DNA of 63,920 bases, filler included, from Octopus bimaculoides (lineage: Eukaryota), in NCBI RefSeq assembly GCF_001194135.2. It is 5 parts of 5 records of this genome, joined end to end, with 100 filler letters (N's around TTAATTAATTAA, not from the genome) between each part and the next. Parts side by side here need not be neighbours in the genome. Positions count along the whole stretch, not along the records: positions 10,061 to 39,944 come from NC_068982.1; positions 40,045 to 59,312 come from NC_068981.1; 3 more parts are not named here. The stretch is one strand, 5' to 3'. This document shows, in pieces, positions 36,823 through 51,960 of this stretch (position 1 is the first letter of the stretch; each line of letters opens with the position of its first letter). Under the pieces are notes generated by a model, which saw nothing but the letters and a program-made list of their open reading frames with translations, was not told the DNA's origin and did not search any database. The position numbers were made by a program, and so were the translations under genes.

Positions 36823-38083
36823 GTGTGTGATGGACTCTCCTGTCGAAGACAATGTATGAGTGTTCAGCTTTTTCCAAAGTAGTGAACATGAATGATTTGC
36901 TATAGAGATCAAATGTATGTGGTGTACATTAGCTCACTCCCTCCATCAAATCCACATTGCCTGAACCGAGTGTCAAAGCAATCACAGAGCAACATGAAAT
37001 GAAGTGTTTTACTCAAGATCACAGTGTACCACCTAGTGTAGAAATAGAAAACCACAATCTCAGGACCATGAGTGCAACACCCTAACCACTAGGGTATGCA
37101 TCCTCAAAATAAAAGAATGAAAATATGAAAGAATATATATGTGAATTAAAGAATCAAGGTTAAGAAAGTAAGCATTAAATGCAGTATCCAAACCTTGTTT
37201 CAGGGTAATTTCCAGATAGTGTGCCTGCAGAGCATGTTCACTACTTATTACTACCAGGCATCATCAGTGATATTGTGCATTCCTCATTGGATCTATGTCC
37301 AGAATTCCAAGGTGCACTTAGGGTATATTTTAAAAGATTAATATGGAAGATGGAATGTAACTAGAAGCATTTATTAGCACAACAATTGTTTCAGCTTCAT
37401 ACAGCACTCTCCCTGGTGGGTGTAGAATAATGTAATAACTCTGGATGCAATACACAGTGCAAAAGTGCCTCCTCGGGTGACACAAGCTATATGGTGGTGG
37501 TGGTGAGAGATTCTAGCAGTTCACCACTACTATTTTGTAATTAGGACAATCAAGAAAGAGGAAAAAAAAATAAAGGATGGGGGAAAGGATATATAGAGAG
37601 ATAGATAGAGAGAGGGGGGGTTCTTTTCAATTTGATGTGGTCAAGTCACTGAAATTTCATGACACAGGATTTTTCTTTTTTCCTTTTCTTCTCTTTATCT
37701 CTTCCTCCTCTTTCCCTTCTCATTGTATACCTATCAACATATTTGTAAATAAACACATTTTCTCACAAGGGCTAGGTGACCTTTCAAGATGTCAATTTTA
37801 GGCAGTAGAATGGGAAAGATAAGAAAAGAGGGGAGGGTGCAGTCATCATTGAAAAATGAAAAGGAGTTCAAAATCCTATGAAAATGTATATTCCTTTTCA
37901 CTTGTATAGTCAAATCTCATATTCTGTGTAATTCCATATTTTGCATGAACAAACATTAAATATTCATAAATTAGGAAAATAAAGTCAGAATATTGAAAAA
38001 ATTGAATTTGGCACAGTTTATATTACAATCTATTCTCTATGTACATTTAATCAAACATTAAGTGTGTTTTGTAGTAACATGTA

Positions 38084-39240
38084 CAGGGTGCAGACAATAT
38101 TTGAAGACACATGCATCTTTAGTCCTCATTTTATTTGACTAATTTTTATTGAACTTCGATTTCAGAAAATAACAATGACAGGCCCTATGCTTACTAATAA
38201 AATGGAAAGGCATGCTGTAATTGTGGCTTTGAAGGCTAAGCATGGTGAATCATTTTCTGAAAGCTGCAAGAGCTTTTGTTCACAAGATTTGGTGCAAGTT
38301 AGAGGAAGAAGATGGAAGTATGTTACCTGTATCAAAATGTCAAAAACACTCCAAATGCTCTGATTCTATCGGGACACCTGAATTTATTCAGAAAGTTAAG
38401 CAAAACATTGAAGACAATGCAGGAAAATCAATGAGGTCAATTGCAAAAATATTTCATGTGTCAGAAAAAACAATCAGAAATATTGTGCATGAAGACATCA
38501 GATATAAATTTTATGTGATAAGGAGAGGTCAGTTCATGTCAGAAAAAAACAAAAGAAAACTGTCTAATCAGATCCAAAAGACTTTTGAACAAACTTAAAA
38601 ATCCATCAGAAGATGGTATAATTTGGTTTCCCTCAGATGAGGAAAACTTTGACTAGAACCAGAAAACTATCAGAAGAAATGACAGATGGCTATGTGCAGA
38701 CCCTTCTGATGTTCCAAGAATAATGCACACAAAATTTCTTGCAAGTGTCATGGTTTTGGATGTTGTTAGCAATGAAGGACATGTGATGCCTCCACACTTT
38801 TTCCACAAGGCCTTAAGGTGAATGCTGCTACATATATTGAAGTTCTGGACAAAGTTGTTAAGCCTTGGTTCAACAGTGTATGCAATGGAAAGCCTTATGT
38901 CTTTCAACAAGATTCTGCACCATCACACAAGGCTCAAATGACACAAGAATGGATAGCCAACAATTTGCATGATCACACATCACCCGCAACATTTGGCCTC
39001 CTAATTCTCCAGATCTCGATCCACTGGACAACTATGAATGGAGCATTGTTGATAAAAATGTTAATGTACACCCCCATAGCACCAAGGATGATTTGAAAGT
39101 CTCCATAGTTTGGGTCATGTCCAATATGAACAAGAACCACTTAAACCAAGCTTGTAAATGATTTTGACCCCATGTTGAGGCAGTTATTGATGCTTATAGT
39201 GGTTTTATTGAATGAAATTATTACATTGATATGTTAGCTT
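38084..39240 (+). mobile_element. Tc1/mariner DD37D (maT-type) transposon, degenerate
   Basis: Starts TA|CAGGGTG. HTH KSMRSIAKIFHVSEKTIRNIV; SDEENF, VMVLDVVSNEGHVMPPHFF, VFQQDSAPSHKA..WPPNSPDL.PLD. 37 residues lie between the last two Asp after correcting a 2-nt slip. Confidence 0.88.
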
Positions 39241-39249
39241 TATATTTAT

Positions 39250-39944
39250 GTTCATCATCATCATTTAACGTCCGCTTTCCATGCTAGCATGGGTTGGACG
39301 ATTTCACTGAGGACTGGTAAACCAGATGGCTACACCAGGCACCAATCTGATTTGGCAGAGTTTCTACAGATGGATGCCCTTCCTAACGCCAACCACTCCG
39401 AGTGTGTAGTAGGTGCTTTTACGTGCCACCGGCACGAAGGTCAGTCAGGCGGTACTGGCAATGGCCACGCTCAAAATGGTGTATTTTATGTGCTACCCGC
39501 ACAAGAGCCAGTCCAGGGGCACTTGCAACGATCTCGCTCGAAAGACCTTACACATGCTACAGGCACAAGTGCCAGAAAAGTGACGTTGGGCAAAGGTGCC
39601 ATCCCAATTTCACTTTTGCTTGCCCCAGTAAGTCTTCACAAGCTCTGAGTTCCACGTGTTCCCTCAACTGTTAGGGTGTGGCACTTTTTCATGCAGCTAT
39701 CCTTGTCCATTCTCGCCACATGTCCATACCAGCACAATCGTCTCTCTTGCACACCACAACTGATGCTTCTTATGTTCATCTTTTCTCGCAAGATACTTAC
39801 ACTCTGTCAGGTATGCACACTGACATTACTCATCCAGCGGAGAATACTGGCTTCATTCCTTGCGAGCTTACGCATGTCCTCAGCAGTCACAGCCCATGTT
39901 TCACTGCCATGTAGTATGGCTGTTCGTACACATGCGTCATACAG
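39250..39944 (-). mobile_element. Young RTE 3' fragment continuous with the family B module
   Basis: RT C-terminus (39660-39944) leads without a gap into the family B core and (GAT)n tail at 39250. Confidence 0.9.
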
Positions 39945-42623
39945 NNNNNNNNNNNNNNNNNNNNNNNNNNNNNNNNNNNNNNNNNNNNTTAATTAATTAA
40001 NNNNNNNNNNNNNNNNNNNNNNNNNNNNNNNNNNNNNNNNNNNNTCTTCTTCTTCTTCTTCTTCTTCTTCTTCTTCTTCTTCTTCTTCTTCTTCTTCTTC
40101 TTCTTCTTCTTCTTCTTCTTCTTCTTCTTCTTCTTCTTCTTCTTCTTCTTCTTCTTTCTCTTCTCTTTCATTTAATTCAGACGCACATACAGATAGCTAT
40201 CGGAACACACAATGTCTTCATATAACAATTCATACCATCATGCTTTCCTTGAACTTTTCTTCGAGAATTTATATTCAATTAGATAATTACATACACAATA
40301 TGCACATATCGACGTAGACATTTTCTATATATAATATATCGATGTAAACATCTTGTATACATCCATATATACAAACTATATATATATGTATGTATGTATA
40401 TAGATATATGTAAGGATGTATATATACATATATATATACATATATATATACACACTTGTGATACAGGGATTTACTAAGTTGTGTGGATGTGAAACGAAAA
40501 AAAAGAGTATGAATATCAAGAACGTACGTTCCATTTCTATTCAAGACGACGATAATAAAATAGTTAATTCATCTCGAAATTGAGAAATCCTCTCACAGAT
40601 TAAAGAAATTAGGTCAAAAATAATCAGCTTTCTCAAAATAATATTAATGTGAATTTGTATAATTACGAATTCGACTTGCCAAAACGTTTTAAACTTATGA
40701 CTGAATGCGTATCTTAATTGTCATATGGTAGATAGTTAAAAATAAAATTACTACGAATAGGATATAATTAGACGGTTAAATACAATAAACGAACAACCTC
40801 GACCAGTATGTTTTATGTACAGTTGACAAGAACAATAAATCGTTAACATCGCTGGAAAACTTTTCAGTGATGTCATTACTGCTTTTTAACCTGAAAAACT
40901 GGTAAAAAAGTATTGTAGTTATTTTCCGTTCAATGCTCTAAGAAGTTTAATCTAAAAGAGTATAAGCGTTTTAGTTACCTTTATTCTACTATAAAATGCA
41001 TTAAACTTATCGATGAAATAATTACATATATGATGTAAAAAGTCTCTAAATATCAGTTTCGCTTTTCTTCTGTGAAGTTTCTGAGTTAAATGTTATCAAA
41101 AATTTTAATGAGTTGCCAAAGAATAGTTAGTTTTGTTTTAGTTTTTTATATATATTTTTATTTTCTTTTGTTTCAAAAATTTTGCTTTAAAAGTGAAATA
41201 TATCTTTAAAAATGCATTTAAATGGCCTATATAAAAAGCAAATGACCATAACTGTTGTTTATAACAATAGGTTGTGAAGTTTTAGTTGTTTTATATAAAT
41301 AATGTCATGAATATTTTAAAAAGTTAATTTTCTTCAAAGAGAAATTTAACTGGCTATAGTTTCTCATTTCGCCTCTTCAAACTACTAGTAGACACTTTCC
41401 TCCAAATTGTCCTCTTAAATCTACGTTAGTTTACTGTATGTTCGACGAATAAATATTGACTTTTGCAGATTTATGTCTCTGAAAAATGTTCCACTGATAA
41501 GTAAACTTCTTATTTAAATCACATTATTAATCATTTAACCTTACTCGGTTTATTACCTGCCAAGAAATTTCAATTCGGTGAAAGCTTTCGTATAACGTTA
41601 GAAAATATGAGAAAATCTATGCAACGAACAATCGATGCAGCAAATTCATTTCCTTGATATTTCGTTGCTACATTGCAATCATGAACGTCTTTAAAAACAT
41701 TCTGTTTATCATAACTGTTAAAAAGAAAGTCAAATGTTATAACTTTCGTATTAAGAAATCATGTTATCACTTAAGCAACTTGTAATTTAAATAGTATATG
41801 CAAAAATAATTTGTTAAATTTGTAAAGAGTGTTAATATATAAAGATGGGCTAGACTATAGTTGCTAATGAGATCTTTATAGAATACAGCATATTTTAACT
41901 TGTATGTTATTTCTCTATACAGCCTGAAGGACATCAAATACATGAAAGTATGTCAGCATCTGTTATTAGTAATTAATAATCTAAATTGATAAGAAAGTGG
42001 TTAATTTAGCAATTCTTCTTAGAAACATTAGATATATATTAACTGAAATTTTAAAATATTCCAACAGAATTGAATAAGACGCTTCATATTACCACAAAAT
42101 ATTATGAAGTTAGGAGGGGCGGCGAGCTGGCAGTGTTATTAGCACGCTGGTTAAAATACTCGCTGTTCGTCTGTCTCGCTTTCTGAGTTGAAATTCATTT
42201 GCGATCAACTTTTCCTTCCAACCTTTCGGGGTCGATAAAATAGGTACAAGCTGAATACTGCGGACGGAGTAATTGAGCTAGCCCTGCCCCTAAAATTGCT
42301 GGCCTTCTGCGAAAATTTAAAATCAATATTATGAAAATAAGAATTGAATTTTTACCGGCTGAAAAATAAAAAAAAAAAGATGTTAATTTCGGCTTACAAT
42401 TAAGAGCAGTGAATAGGATTTCTTATCCTCGTCTGGAATGTTATTTTCACCCGTGCGTTGCAATAGTATGACTATAACTTCCACCGTTAGCGGTATATCA
42501 GGCGTATTGCAAGGAAACAATTCTAATCTTGCCATAGTTATATTATGCAAGTTTCTTATATGCACACAAATTTCTAAGCATATAGATGTATATGCATACT
42601 AATATAATAAACACACACACGCA

Positions 42624-42687
<64 letters not shown>

Positions 42688-43967
42688 AGCAGTCATTTTA
42701 GGCATAAGTGAACTTCTCTTTAGTTAAAGTATGTTTGGGATATAAGGCGGTGAGATGGCAGAAACGTTAGCACACCGGCTGAAATGCTTAGCCGTATTTC
42801 GTCTGCTTTTACATTCAGAGTTCAAATTCCGCAGAGGTCGACCTTGCCTTTCATCATTTTGGGGTCTATAAATTAAGTACCAGCTGCGTACTGCAGTCGA
42901 TCGAGTCGACTGGCCGCCTGTCTAAAAACTTCGGCTTTTATGCCAAGAGTAGAAAAGAATGTGTTTGGGACATTTTAACTAACCTAAAGTTCGCATCTAT
43001 AGTTGAATTTATATATATACATGTGTCTATATATGTTTGTGTGTGAGCGGTGTGTGTTTGTGTGAATGCACACATACTTATTCTAGTTAATTGAGAAAAT
43101 TTTGCTTATATTATTTAGTATATTGCCATCTCTCCCATTCCAAAATTTCATTTCATCCCCTTAGACCATGGGCTAAATTAACTTGCTCACTCAATTCATA
43201 AACTAAAACCATAAAAGATCAACCCAATTCTTTTCTAACCTTTAAGTATATTGTCCCATGATCAAAGCAAGCTTGAACGGATACGTTTAAATCATTTCTA
43301 AGTTTGACAACGTCAGATTTTAGTGGGAGGAGTGGGAGGAGGTGAGTTGATTAAATTGACACTTAATTGAATGGTCCAATACTGTTGAGTTTGGTGAGAT
43401 TTAAGACAAGAATTATCCTCTGTGGGATTTGAACTCACAACTTAATGAACCAGAATAGTTATTGCAAATCCCTAATCCCGACACTCTCAGTCAACACAAA
43501 TTTAGATCTAGTTATAACGCAGAATAAATTTAATTCATGCTCTCTATTGTCAGGCTGTTAACAATGATTAAATTTCCATCAAGGTATGAAAATTAAATGC
43601 CCTGTGAAACTTATACTTAATATTTGAAATTATCTTCCCTCTTCTGAAACTTTCATAATTTCTTTTAACATTTAATCATGGAAAAGATGGTAGTTTCAAA
43701 GGAATTCAGTTACTGTTGGGAACCAGGAAATATCCTAAAAGGGGTGAAATGGCCCAAGTAACAGAATAAAAGCTCCCAAGAACCAGGTTGAATATCAAAA
43801 CTGCTACGATTTTATTTCCTTCCACTATAAGAAGATTTCATTTCCCTCGTATTTATAAATGTTTGTCTGTACGTGAACGTGTGTGTGAGAGAGAGAGAGA
43901 GAGAGAAACACTATGCATGTGTGCATGCACGTGTGTGTGTGAGAGAGAGGGTTGTCTGTGTGTTCAG

Positions 43968-44338
43968 GAATGGCTGTGTGGTAAGTAGCTTGCTTAGCAA
44001 CCACATGATTCCAGGTTCAGTCCCACTGCGGGACACCTTGGGCAAGTGTCTTCTACTATAGCCTCGGGCCGAACAAAGCCTTGTGAGTGGATTTGGTAAA
44101 CGAAAACTGAAAGAAGCCCGTCGTATATATATATATATATGTATGTGTGTTTGTGTGTCNNNNNNNNNNGTGTTTACGTCCCCGTAACTTAGCGGTTCGG
44201 CAAAAATGACCGATAGAATAAGTACTAGGCTTCCAAAAAATAAGTCCTGGGGTCGATTTGCTCGACTAAAGGCGGTGCTCCAGCATGGCCACAGTCGAAT
44301 GACTGAAACAAGTAAAAGAGTAAAATAGTAAAAGAGTA
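43968..44338 (+). mobile_element. SINE family A, near full length
   Basis: ggaatggctgtgtggtaagtagc...ggttcagtcccactgcg...cagcatggcc...aacaagtaaaagagtaaaa. Confidence 0.92.
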
Positions 44339-45119
44339 CATAATGCTTAAAGGCATAGTTGCACAGAAAAACCCGGCAGCGTTTAAAATTTATATTTTCA
44401 AGGCAGGCAATGCAGTGGAATTATTATTTTAATTCACTCGTCATTGACAACATGCACGTGCGCGTGCGCTTATGTCTCTGATCGGATGATTATGCCCTTA
44501 TGTATGTATTAGAGAGGTCGAAGGACTTGCAGGGATCGAATGTTAGGAAACATCTAACGCTTTCAATAGGAACTGAATTATTTATTAATTTTGGGAATTA
44601 ATATAGTCAACTCATTTACGCCTGCACACGCATGCGTAAACCGATACACACGCACATGTATGTATGTATGTATGTATGTATGTATGTATGTATGTATGTA
44701 TGTATGTATTTATGTTTTTACACGTTGACTTGCATAGCCATACACATCCACATATATAGGTTGAGATGTTAAATAGAATATATGCTTGTAGATAGATAGA
44801 AATACGGAAGTGTATGATATTGGGTAAGAATGTGTTGCGTGGAGGGTGTTAGTGAGAAAACGAGACAGAAAGAAACATACAGATGGAGGGAGTAGCAGAG
44901 AGAAAGAGAGAGAGAGAGGGGGGGGAAGCGATAGACAGACAGAGCTTAGAGAGAGTGTTTGCGTGCACGTGTGTAAAGGTGGGTTAATGTCAGAAGATGA
45001 TATTTTACTTGTTTTGGTCATTGCTGGAGCAACGTATTAAAATAATATAGAAAAAAAACAACAGAGCTTAAAAGTTACTTGTTTCATTAACTAATGACTA
45101 CTACTATTACAAAGATTCT

Positions 45120-45173
<54 letters not shown>

Positions 45174-46893
45174 CACTACTACTTTTACTTCTATTACTAC
45201 TATTACTAAAAATGATAATAATGATTTCAAATTTTGGCATAGGAACAAGTGTTTCGAGGGGAGTGGGTAAGTCGGTTACACGGAACACAAAGGTTTAGTG
45301 CGGTGCTTATCTCATCGATCTGACAGGATGAAATGCAAAGTCGACCTCGGCAGAATTTGTACTAAGAACGCAAAGAATGGACGAAACGCCGTTAAGCATC
45401 TTGCCTGAAATGCTAATGATTCTTCCAGCAAACCAATACCAATAAGAATGTCGAAAAAGGGATAGATTTTAAGGAAACAGATGAAAGCATCTCCATTATA
45501 TGCCAAAGCTTGAAGCATGAAATTTGATAATAATCAGAACTAAGGTATAAAAAAAAAGCGATCCTTTAACTAAACAGAATATGGTATTTTCATACCTTAT
45601 TCAACAAACTTATTCCCTACATAACTAGGAATGGTATACCATATTTGCCGCCTAAAATTTAACAGAGCTAGGTTGTTATTATCATTGCAATGTTATAATT
45701 ATATTTATTTTTGCATGTTTCTTGAAGATTTATTTCAGAATTTATAGATATCAATGTGCAAACAAAAATGTTCTCACTACCCCTGTGTGTGTATAAGTAT
45801 GTGTGAGTGTATGCGTGTGTTAGTATGGGTGTGTATGTGTGTGTGTGTGTGAGTGTGTGTGTGTGTGTGTATGTATATATATATATATATATATATANNN
45901 NNNNNNNNNNNNNNNNNNNNNNNNNNNNNNNNNNNNNNNNNNNNNNNNNNNNNNNNNNNNNNNNNNNNNNNNNNNNNNNNNNNNNNNNNNNNNNNNNNNN
46001 NNNNNNNNNNNNNNNNNNNNNNNNNNNNNNNNNNNNNNNNNNNNNNNNNNNNNNNNNNNNNNNNNNNNNNNNNNNNNNNNNNNNNNNNNNNNNNNNNNNN
46101 NNNNNNNNNNNNNNNNNNNNNNNNNNNNNNNNNNNNNNNNNNNNNNNNNNNNNNNNNNNNNNNNNNNNNNNNNNNNNNNNNNNNNNNNNNNNNNNNNNNN
46201 NNNNNNNNNNNNNNNNNNNNNNNNNNNNNNNNNNNNNNNNNNNNNNNNNNNNNNNNNNNNNNNNNNNNNNNNNNNNNNNNNNNNNNNNNNNNNNNNNNNN
46301 NNNNNNNNNNNNNNNNNNNNNNNNNNNNNNNNNNNNNNNNNNNNNNNNNNNNNNNNNNNNNNNNNNNNNNNNNNNNNNNNNNNNNNNNNNNNNNNNNNNN
46401 NNNNNNNNNNNNNNNNNNNNNNNNNNNNNNNNNNNNNNNNNNNNNNNNNNNNNNNNNNNNNNNNNNNNNNNNNNNNNNNNNNNNNNNNNNNNNNNNNNNN
46501 NNNNNNNNNNNNNNNNNNNNNNNNNNNNNNNNNNNNNNNNNNNNNNNNNNNNNNNNNNNNNNNNNNNNNNNNNNNNNNNNNNNNNNNNNNNNNNNNNNNN
46601 NNNNNNNNNNNNNNNNNNNNNNNNNNNNNNNNNNNNNNNNNNNNNNNNNNNNNNNNNNNNNNNNNNNNNNNNNNNNNNNNNNNNNNNNNNNNNNNNNNNN
46701 NNNNNNNNNNNNNNNNNNNNNNNNNNNNNNNNNNNNNNNNNNNNNNNNNNNNNNNNNNNNNNNNNNNNNNNNNNNNNNNNNNNNNNNNNNNNNNNNNNNN
46801 NNNNNNNNNNNNNNNNNNNNNNNNNNNNNNNNNNNNNNNNNNNNNNNNNNNNNNNNNNNNNNNNNNNNNNNNNNNNNNNNNNNNNNNNNNNNN

Positions 46894-46931
<38 letters not shown>

Positions 46932-48307
46932 AAGAATAACAAACCGAAAAACGTCGTTAATTCAAAAAGGATGTAACTGGAAACGACGTAGCTTGAGGTA
47001 TGCCAGTATTGACAGAATTAAACTAATATTCTATGTATTTTCGGATTGGCAATCAAAATAATTCTGAAATAAGAAACAGGTCTTTTATGCGGTAAGCTCC
47101 ATAATACTTTACAGCAAGCAAGCAAAAAAGTTTTTTTTTTCTTTTTTTTTTTTCTTGTTGTACCCTCTGGTACAATTATATATTCTTTCCCGTTCCGTGC
47201 ACCATGTTATTTTGAATGTATGTATGTATGGGACCTAGCACATGTAAGAGTATACGTATGAGATATAAATATATACTGTATGATTCCAAGAAATACGGTA
47301 CAATATGCTCATGGAATTATAGTATATGGGGTAGCATAAAGCTTGTAAGTTGGTTTCTAACTGATTAATTTTCCTCTGATCAAATAATGAGAAACTACAC
47401 ACTGGAATAATAACCCGTTTGAATTACAGTCTTGTATATGAAAATATTCGTAATGCCTGTTGTAAAGACGGGTTGGTAATAACAACTAGATGTTTAATTT
47501 AAAATCAAGCTTGAAATGACTTTAGGTAAAAAGAAGAACGACAACTTCTTGCTCGAAAAATAACAACAACAGTAACAACAACAACAACAACAGTAACAAT
47601 GACGACAACAACATTAATGGCTTGTTTACATATGCTTATCAATCAAAGCATTTGACCGGTATCTGATTATACCGATGGAAAGGGTGAAATGCTGTGTTGA
47701 TCATGGTGTGAGTTGAGCTCGGAATGTAAAGATATGTAGCTAAATACTGCAATGAGTTATGTACTTCATTCAACTGATTCTCGGAATAATAGCATCAGAT
47801 GATAGAGTCTCTGAGTAAATGATAAGCAAATCTTATTTTCCACTCAGATCGAACAAAAGAAATATCATTTGCAGCCATCACCATTTACCCAACACAAACA
47901 AAAAACAAGGCAAGCCAAAAAGAGGGCGTCTAAGTGGTCGCTTGACTTGCTTATAGTAACAGTGGAATCTTTCACATATAACGTTCTGTGGTTGGTTAAT
48001 GCGGTCATGGCATTCCTTACTGAATGCTCACGATTGGTAACAATTTCGCCACATGTCTATTCGACTAGTTCAGATCAGAGTAGACCTGAGGCTAAATTCT
48101 ACAATATAACCAATAGCGTTTTTTTTTTTTACCATTCCCCTGTTGAGAGGGGACATTATTTATTCATTTATTTTATTCATTTATTCATTTACTTGTGAAG
48201 GCCATTGGGAAGAGAGGATCTTGAGCTCAAAGTAGCGACCTGGTACGGATGCTTCTGAAAGTGTGAACTAAAATGTTACTCAAATTCTCTCTCTCTCTCT
48301 CTCTCAC

Positions 48308-48355
<48 letters not shown>

Positions 48356-48745
48356 TCTTTCCCTCTCTCAATTTTAGGACAGGCGTAAAGAAAACAGTCT
48401 AAACGTGTGTGAACAGACAAGTGTGTATAAACGTTTACTTATGTGTACATGCTTACACACATGATTGATTTACCGTCTATACTTCTGTCCACTTATAGTC
48501 ACTGAAAATGGGGGATATGAACCGACACTGTTGGTTTAACTATCAAGAATACTTGTATTCGAATCATGATTGTTCTGGAAGACACGAATGGGAAAGAATC
48601 TGATGGCGATTTTTGTATTCTATATTCAATTTTAACTCTTGACCAAACAAAATACGAAAAGTTTATATGAGACTCATACAAAGAGTGTGCTCGTGTGTAC
48701 AAATGTATGCACATATGTGTATGCTAAATATATGTATATCATACG

Positions 48746-48815
<70 letters not shown>

Positions 48816-48833
48816 NNNNNNNNNNNNNNNNNN

Positions 48834-48878
<45 letters not shown>

Positions 48879-50428
48879 CGTATATGAAGGAGAGCTTCTC
48901 TTTTATACATGTTTCATTAAATATACGCCTTTGTTCAAGTTTTCACATCTTGTCTTGGAGGTTTTCATTTTCTGTATAATTTTTAAGGATATTTTCAAAA
49001 AATATAGTTCCTAAATTTGCACCAGACGTTCCAGATATTCAAATTGTCAATTTCCAGAACTGAATACACTCGTGCCCGTGTTATCTCTTTTATACTGGTT
49101 GAAGTTAAGTTAAATCTTCTTACCTAGTGTGTGTTTTTTTTTACAGCTCAACGCTTGTAACATTCTTCTCATCCACAATAGAGAAGTAAAAAATATCAAA
49201 ATATAAAAGCATTATACACACCAATATGTAGATGACAAACTAGATACAATGCATACATTGCAGAAAGTTGAGAAGCTATGGGACAACTTAGGAAACACCT
49301 CCATACAATAATATAACATCGAGAATAATACAAATGAGAACTTGTTTTGAGACATATGTATACATATGTATACATATAAAAAAGGCAGGTACATACAAGA
49401 GACAGTGGTTGCCCACACAATGAGATGTTAATTGCAAAATCACTCCAGAGATGAGCATTTATATTAGCATCCATAAACACTACAAGCATTAAGTAACAAT
49501 GGATATTCTAATAGACTAGTGTACCTGGCCTTAAAAGACTACAGCTACGAGTACAATAGAAAAGTAATAAAATGTCCCAAACCACACGTACATTTTTTAT
49601 ATGCATCAAATGCTTATAAAGTATTGAACAGACGGATGCATGATAAAAAAAAACTCGTAAAAGGGAACACAAATGCATTACACTCAAACATAGACTAATA
49701 ATATATTACAATAACAATAAAGCTAAAAATCTTCCTTATCAATAACACACCACAAGCATGGTATCCCGAAATCAATTTATTAACGACTACTGTAATCTCT
49801 AAATTTGACAGTAAAACTTCAACTTGCATACTTCATTACTTCAGGCATTATTTACATTGGACACAATAGTACAACACACTTTCGTTGACTTACTATGCAT
49901 TTACAATGCGTTATCATAAAACAATACACGACAACAAAAATTAGGTACTAAAATAGAAGCTGATATTATAGAATACCCCACAAAAAGAGAAATTAATCAT
50001 GGAAGACATATTCATATGACAATGAAATATCAAAATAAACGCGAATAAAAAACATGTCAACGAATTCATGCATAGTTACTGAGGTAAAAATTAAACCTAA
50101 CGGCCAGAGATTTGAGGAAAGCAAAGATGAAACTTCTAACGTATGAAGCTAACATTAACATATCTTTCTTGGAAAAGTTTACATTAATTCAACTAGTACA
50201 AAGGCACATTTAGTTCTTGAAATTGAAACTGTGAATGTCTGGAAACACCAAATAAGAATTTAGGAAATTCATTGTTTCAAACAACTTGTGAATAAAAACG
50301 TAACTAATAAGATAATATGAAAATAAGAAACAAAAAATCTTGAACACATTCAGGTATTTAAAGAATCATATATACCTATGTATATATTTCTATGTATGTA
50401 TATGTACACGTATGCATACATACATACA

Positions 50429-50462
<34 letters not shown>

Positions 50463-50983
50463 CATACATACGCGTAGGCATGTATGTACTTACGTATTCT
50501 ATGTAACTGTACACGTTTACACTACTGTAATATTTTCAAAATATGAATCATACTCAAAGGAGATGAATCTGTAAAACATTTTCAGTATCAGTTTTGTACA
50601 CAAATATTGAATAATTTGAGCCGGTAATTCCAGCTAAAATGAAACTAATGTTCACTGAACAATACACCAAATCCCTGATCTTGTTTATTGCGAATAGAAG
50701 AGAAATCATTGTACAAGATGAACTTCAACGATGATTTCTAAATTTTTTTAAATCCTATGTAACATTTCATGTGTCCTAAATTTTAACAAAAATTTTCTCC
50801 TTGAATGTACATGTTACTTTATCTTACAACTGTAAACAAAATGCTATATGTATATGTATAAAATGTGTATATACATACAATCACACACACACGCGCACAC
50901 ACACACTCGCACACACACACACATGTATAAATATACATATATACGTGTGTATGTATAGTCATACATACATACACAAGTATATT

Positions 50984-51014
<31 letters not shown>

Positions 51015-51589
51015 NNNNNNNNNNTCATGAACAATAAACACATGTGGGTGAAGAAACATTTCACTTGATAATGGAAGTTTAAGAAACAAGACCTAAGTTT
51101 TTACTAAGATGTAACAGTAAATAAAGTTCATCTTACAAGCTAAACAGTGTTTTGCTCTCTTTCTTTCTAAGATTCATTGTTATTTTTATGATCGTGCTTT
51201 TCTTTCATACAGTTGAAAATCCACTATCTGGAAATCATGGGAACAAAATTGTCGCAGATTTGGAGTTTTTTTTTTATCATATTTGCATCGACAAACTAGG
51301 AAAGCTTGGAGAAGTGGCCCAAGTTTAAACAAAATATCCATTTACATTGCATATTGTAGCTCATACATATTTCTTGAATCTAGTTTTATATTAATTTTTA
51401 ATAATCTTTACACATGTTGGTTTCCGATCACAGTAATTCACTGTAACTAAATTTATGACTTCACTCGTCATCAGTGTGACGGTGAATCTGAGCTTATCTA
51501 GTTCTGAAACCCTAATATAAAAAGGATACTATTAAATATTGCATACTATGCTACTAATTCGACAGGGCTACTAATTACAATGCTAATTA

Positions 51590-51626
51590 TTGTTACTACT
51601 ACTATTACTACTACTACTACTACTAC

Positions 51627-51659
<33 letters not shown>

Positions 51660-51960
51660 TAATAATAATAATAATAAAAATAAAAATAATAATAATAATA
51701 ATAATAATCATCATCATCATCATCATCATCANNNNNNNNNNNNNNNNNNNNNNNNNNNNNNNNNNNNNNNNNNNNNNNNNNNNNNNNNNNNNNNNNNNNN
51801 NNNNNNNNNNNNNNNNNNNNNNNNNNNNNNNNNNNNNNNNNNNNNNNNNNNNNNGAAGAAGAAGAAGAAGAAGAAGAAGAAGAAGAAGAAGAAGAAGAAG
51901 AAGAAGAAGAAGAAGAAGAAGAAGAAGAAGACGAAGAAGAAGAAGAAGAAGAAGAAGAAG
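51590..51960. repeat. Compound microsatellite (TAC)(AAT)(CAT)-gap-(GAA)
   Basis: Directly visible; other long tracts at 40045-40155 (TTC), 57322-57457 (CA), 59640-60082 (TAG/GGT) and 63818-63920 (GATA). Confidence 0.97.

Noticed and set aside
37225-37275. Minus-strand ctgatga...tgaac hammerhead-like remnant (similarly about 13495-13530)
   Set aside because: GAAA half missing and stem II broken; too degenerate to call.
47869-48198. ORF open on both strands with possible splice sites; similar weak exon candidates at 40800-40889, 41558-41617, 42395-42535, 48490-48603 and 63262-63500
   Set aside because: Strand is ambiguous or one splice site is weak, and no homology is recognised; such candidates are expected by chance.
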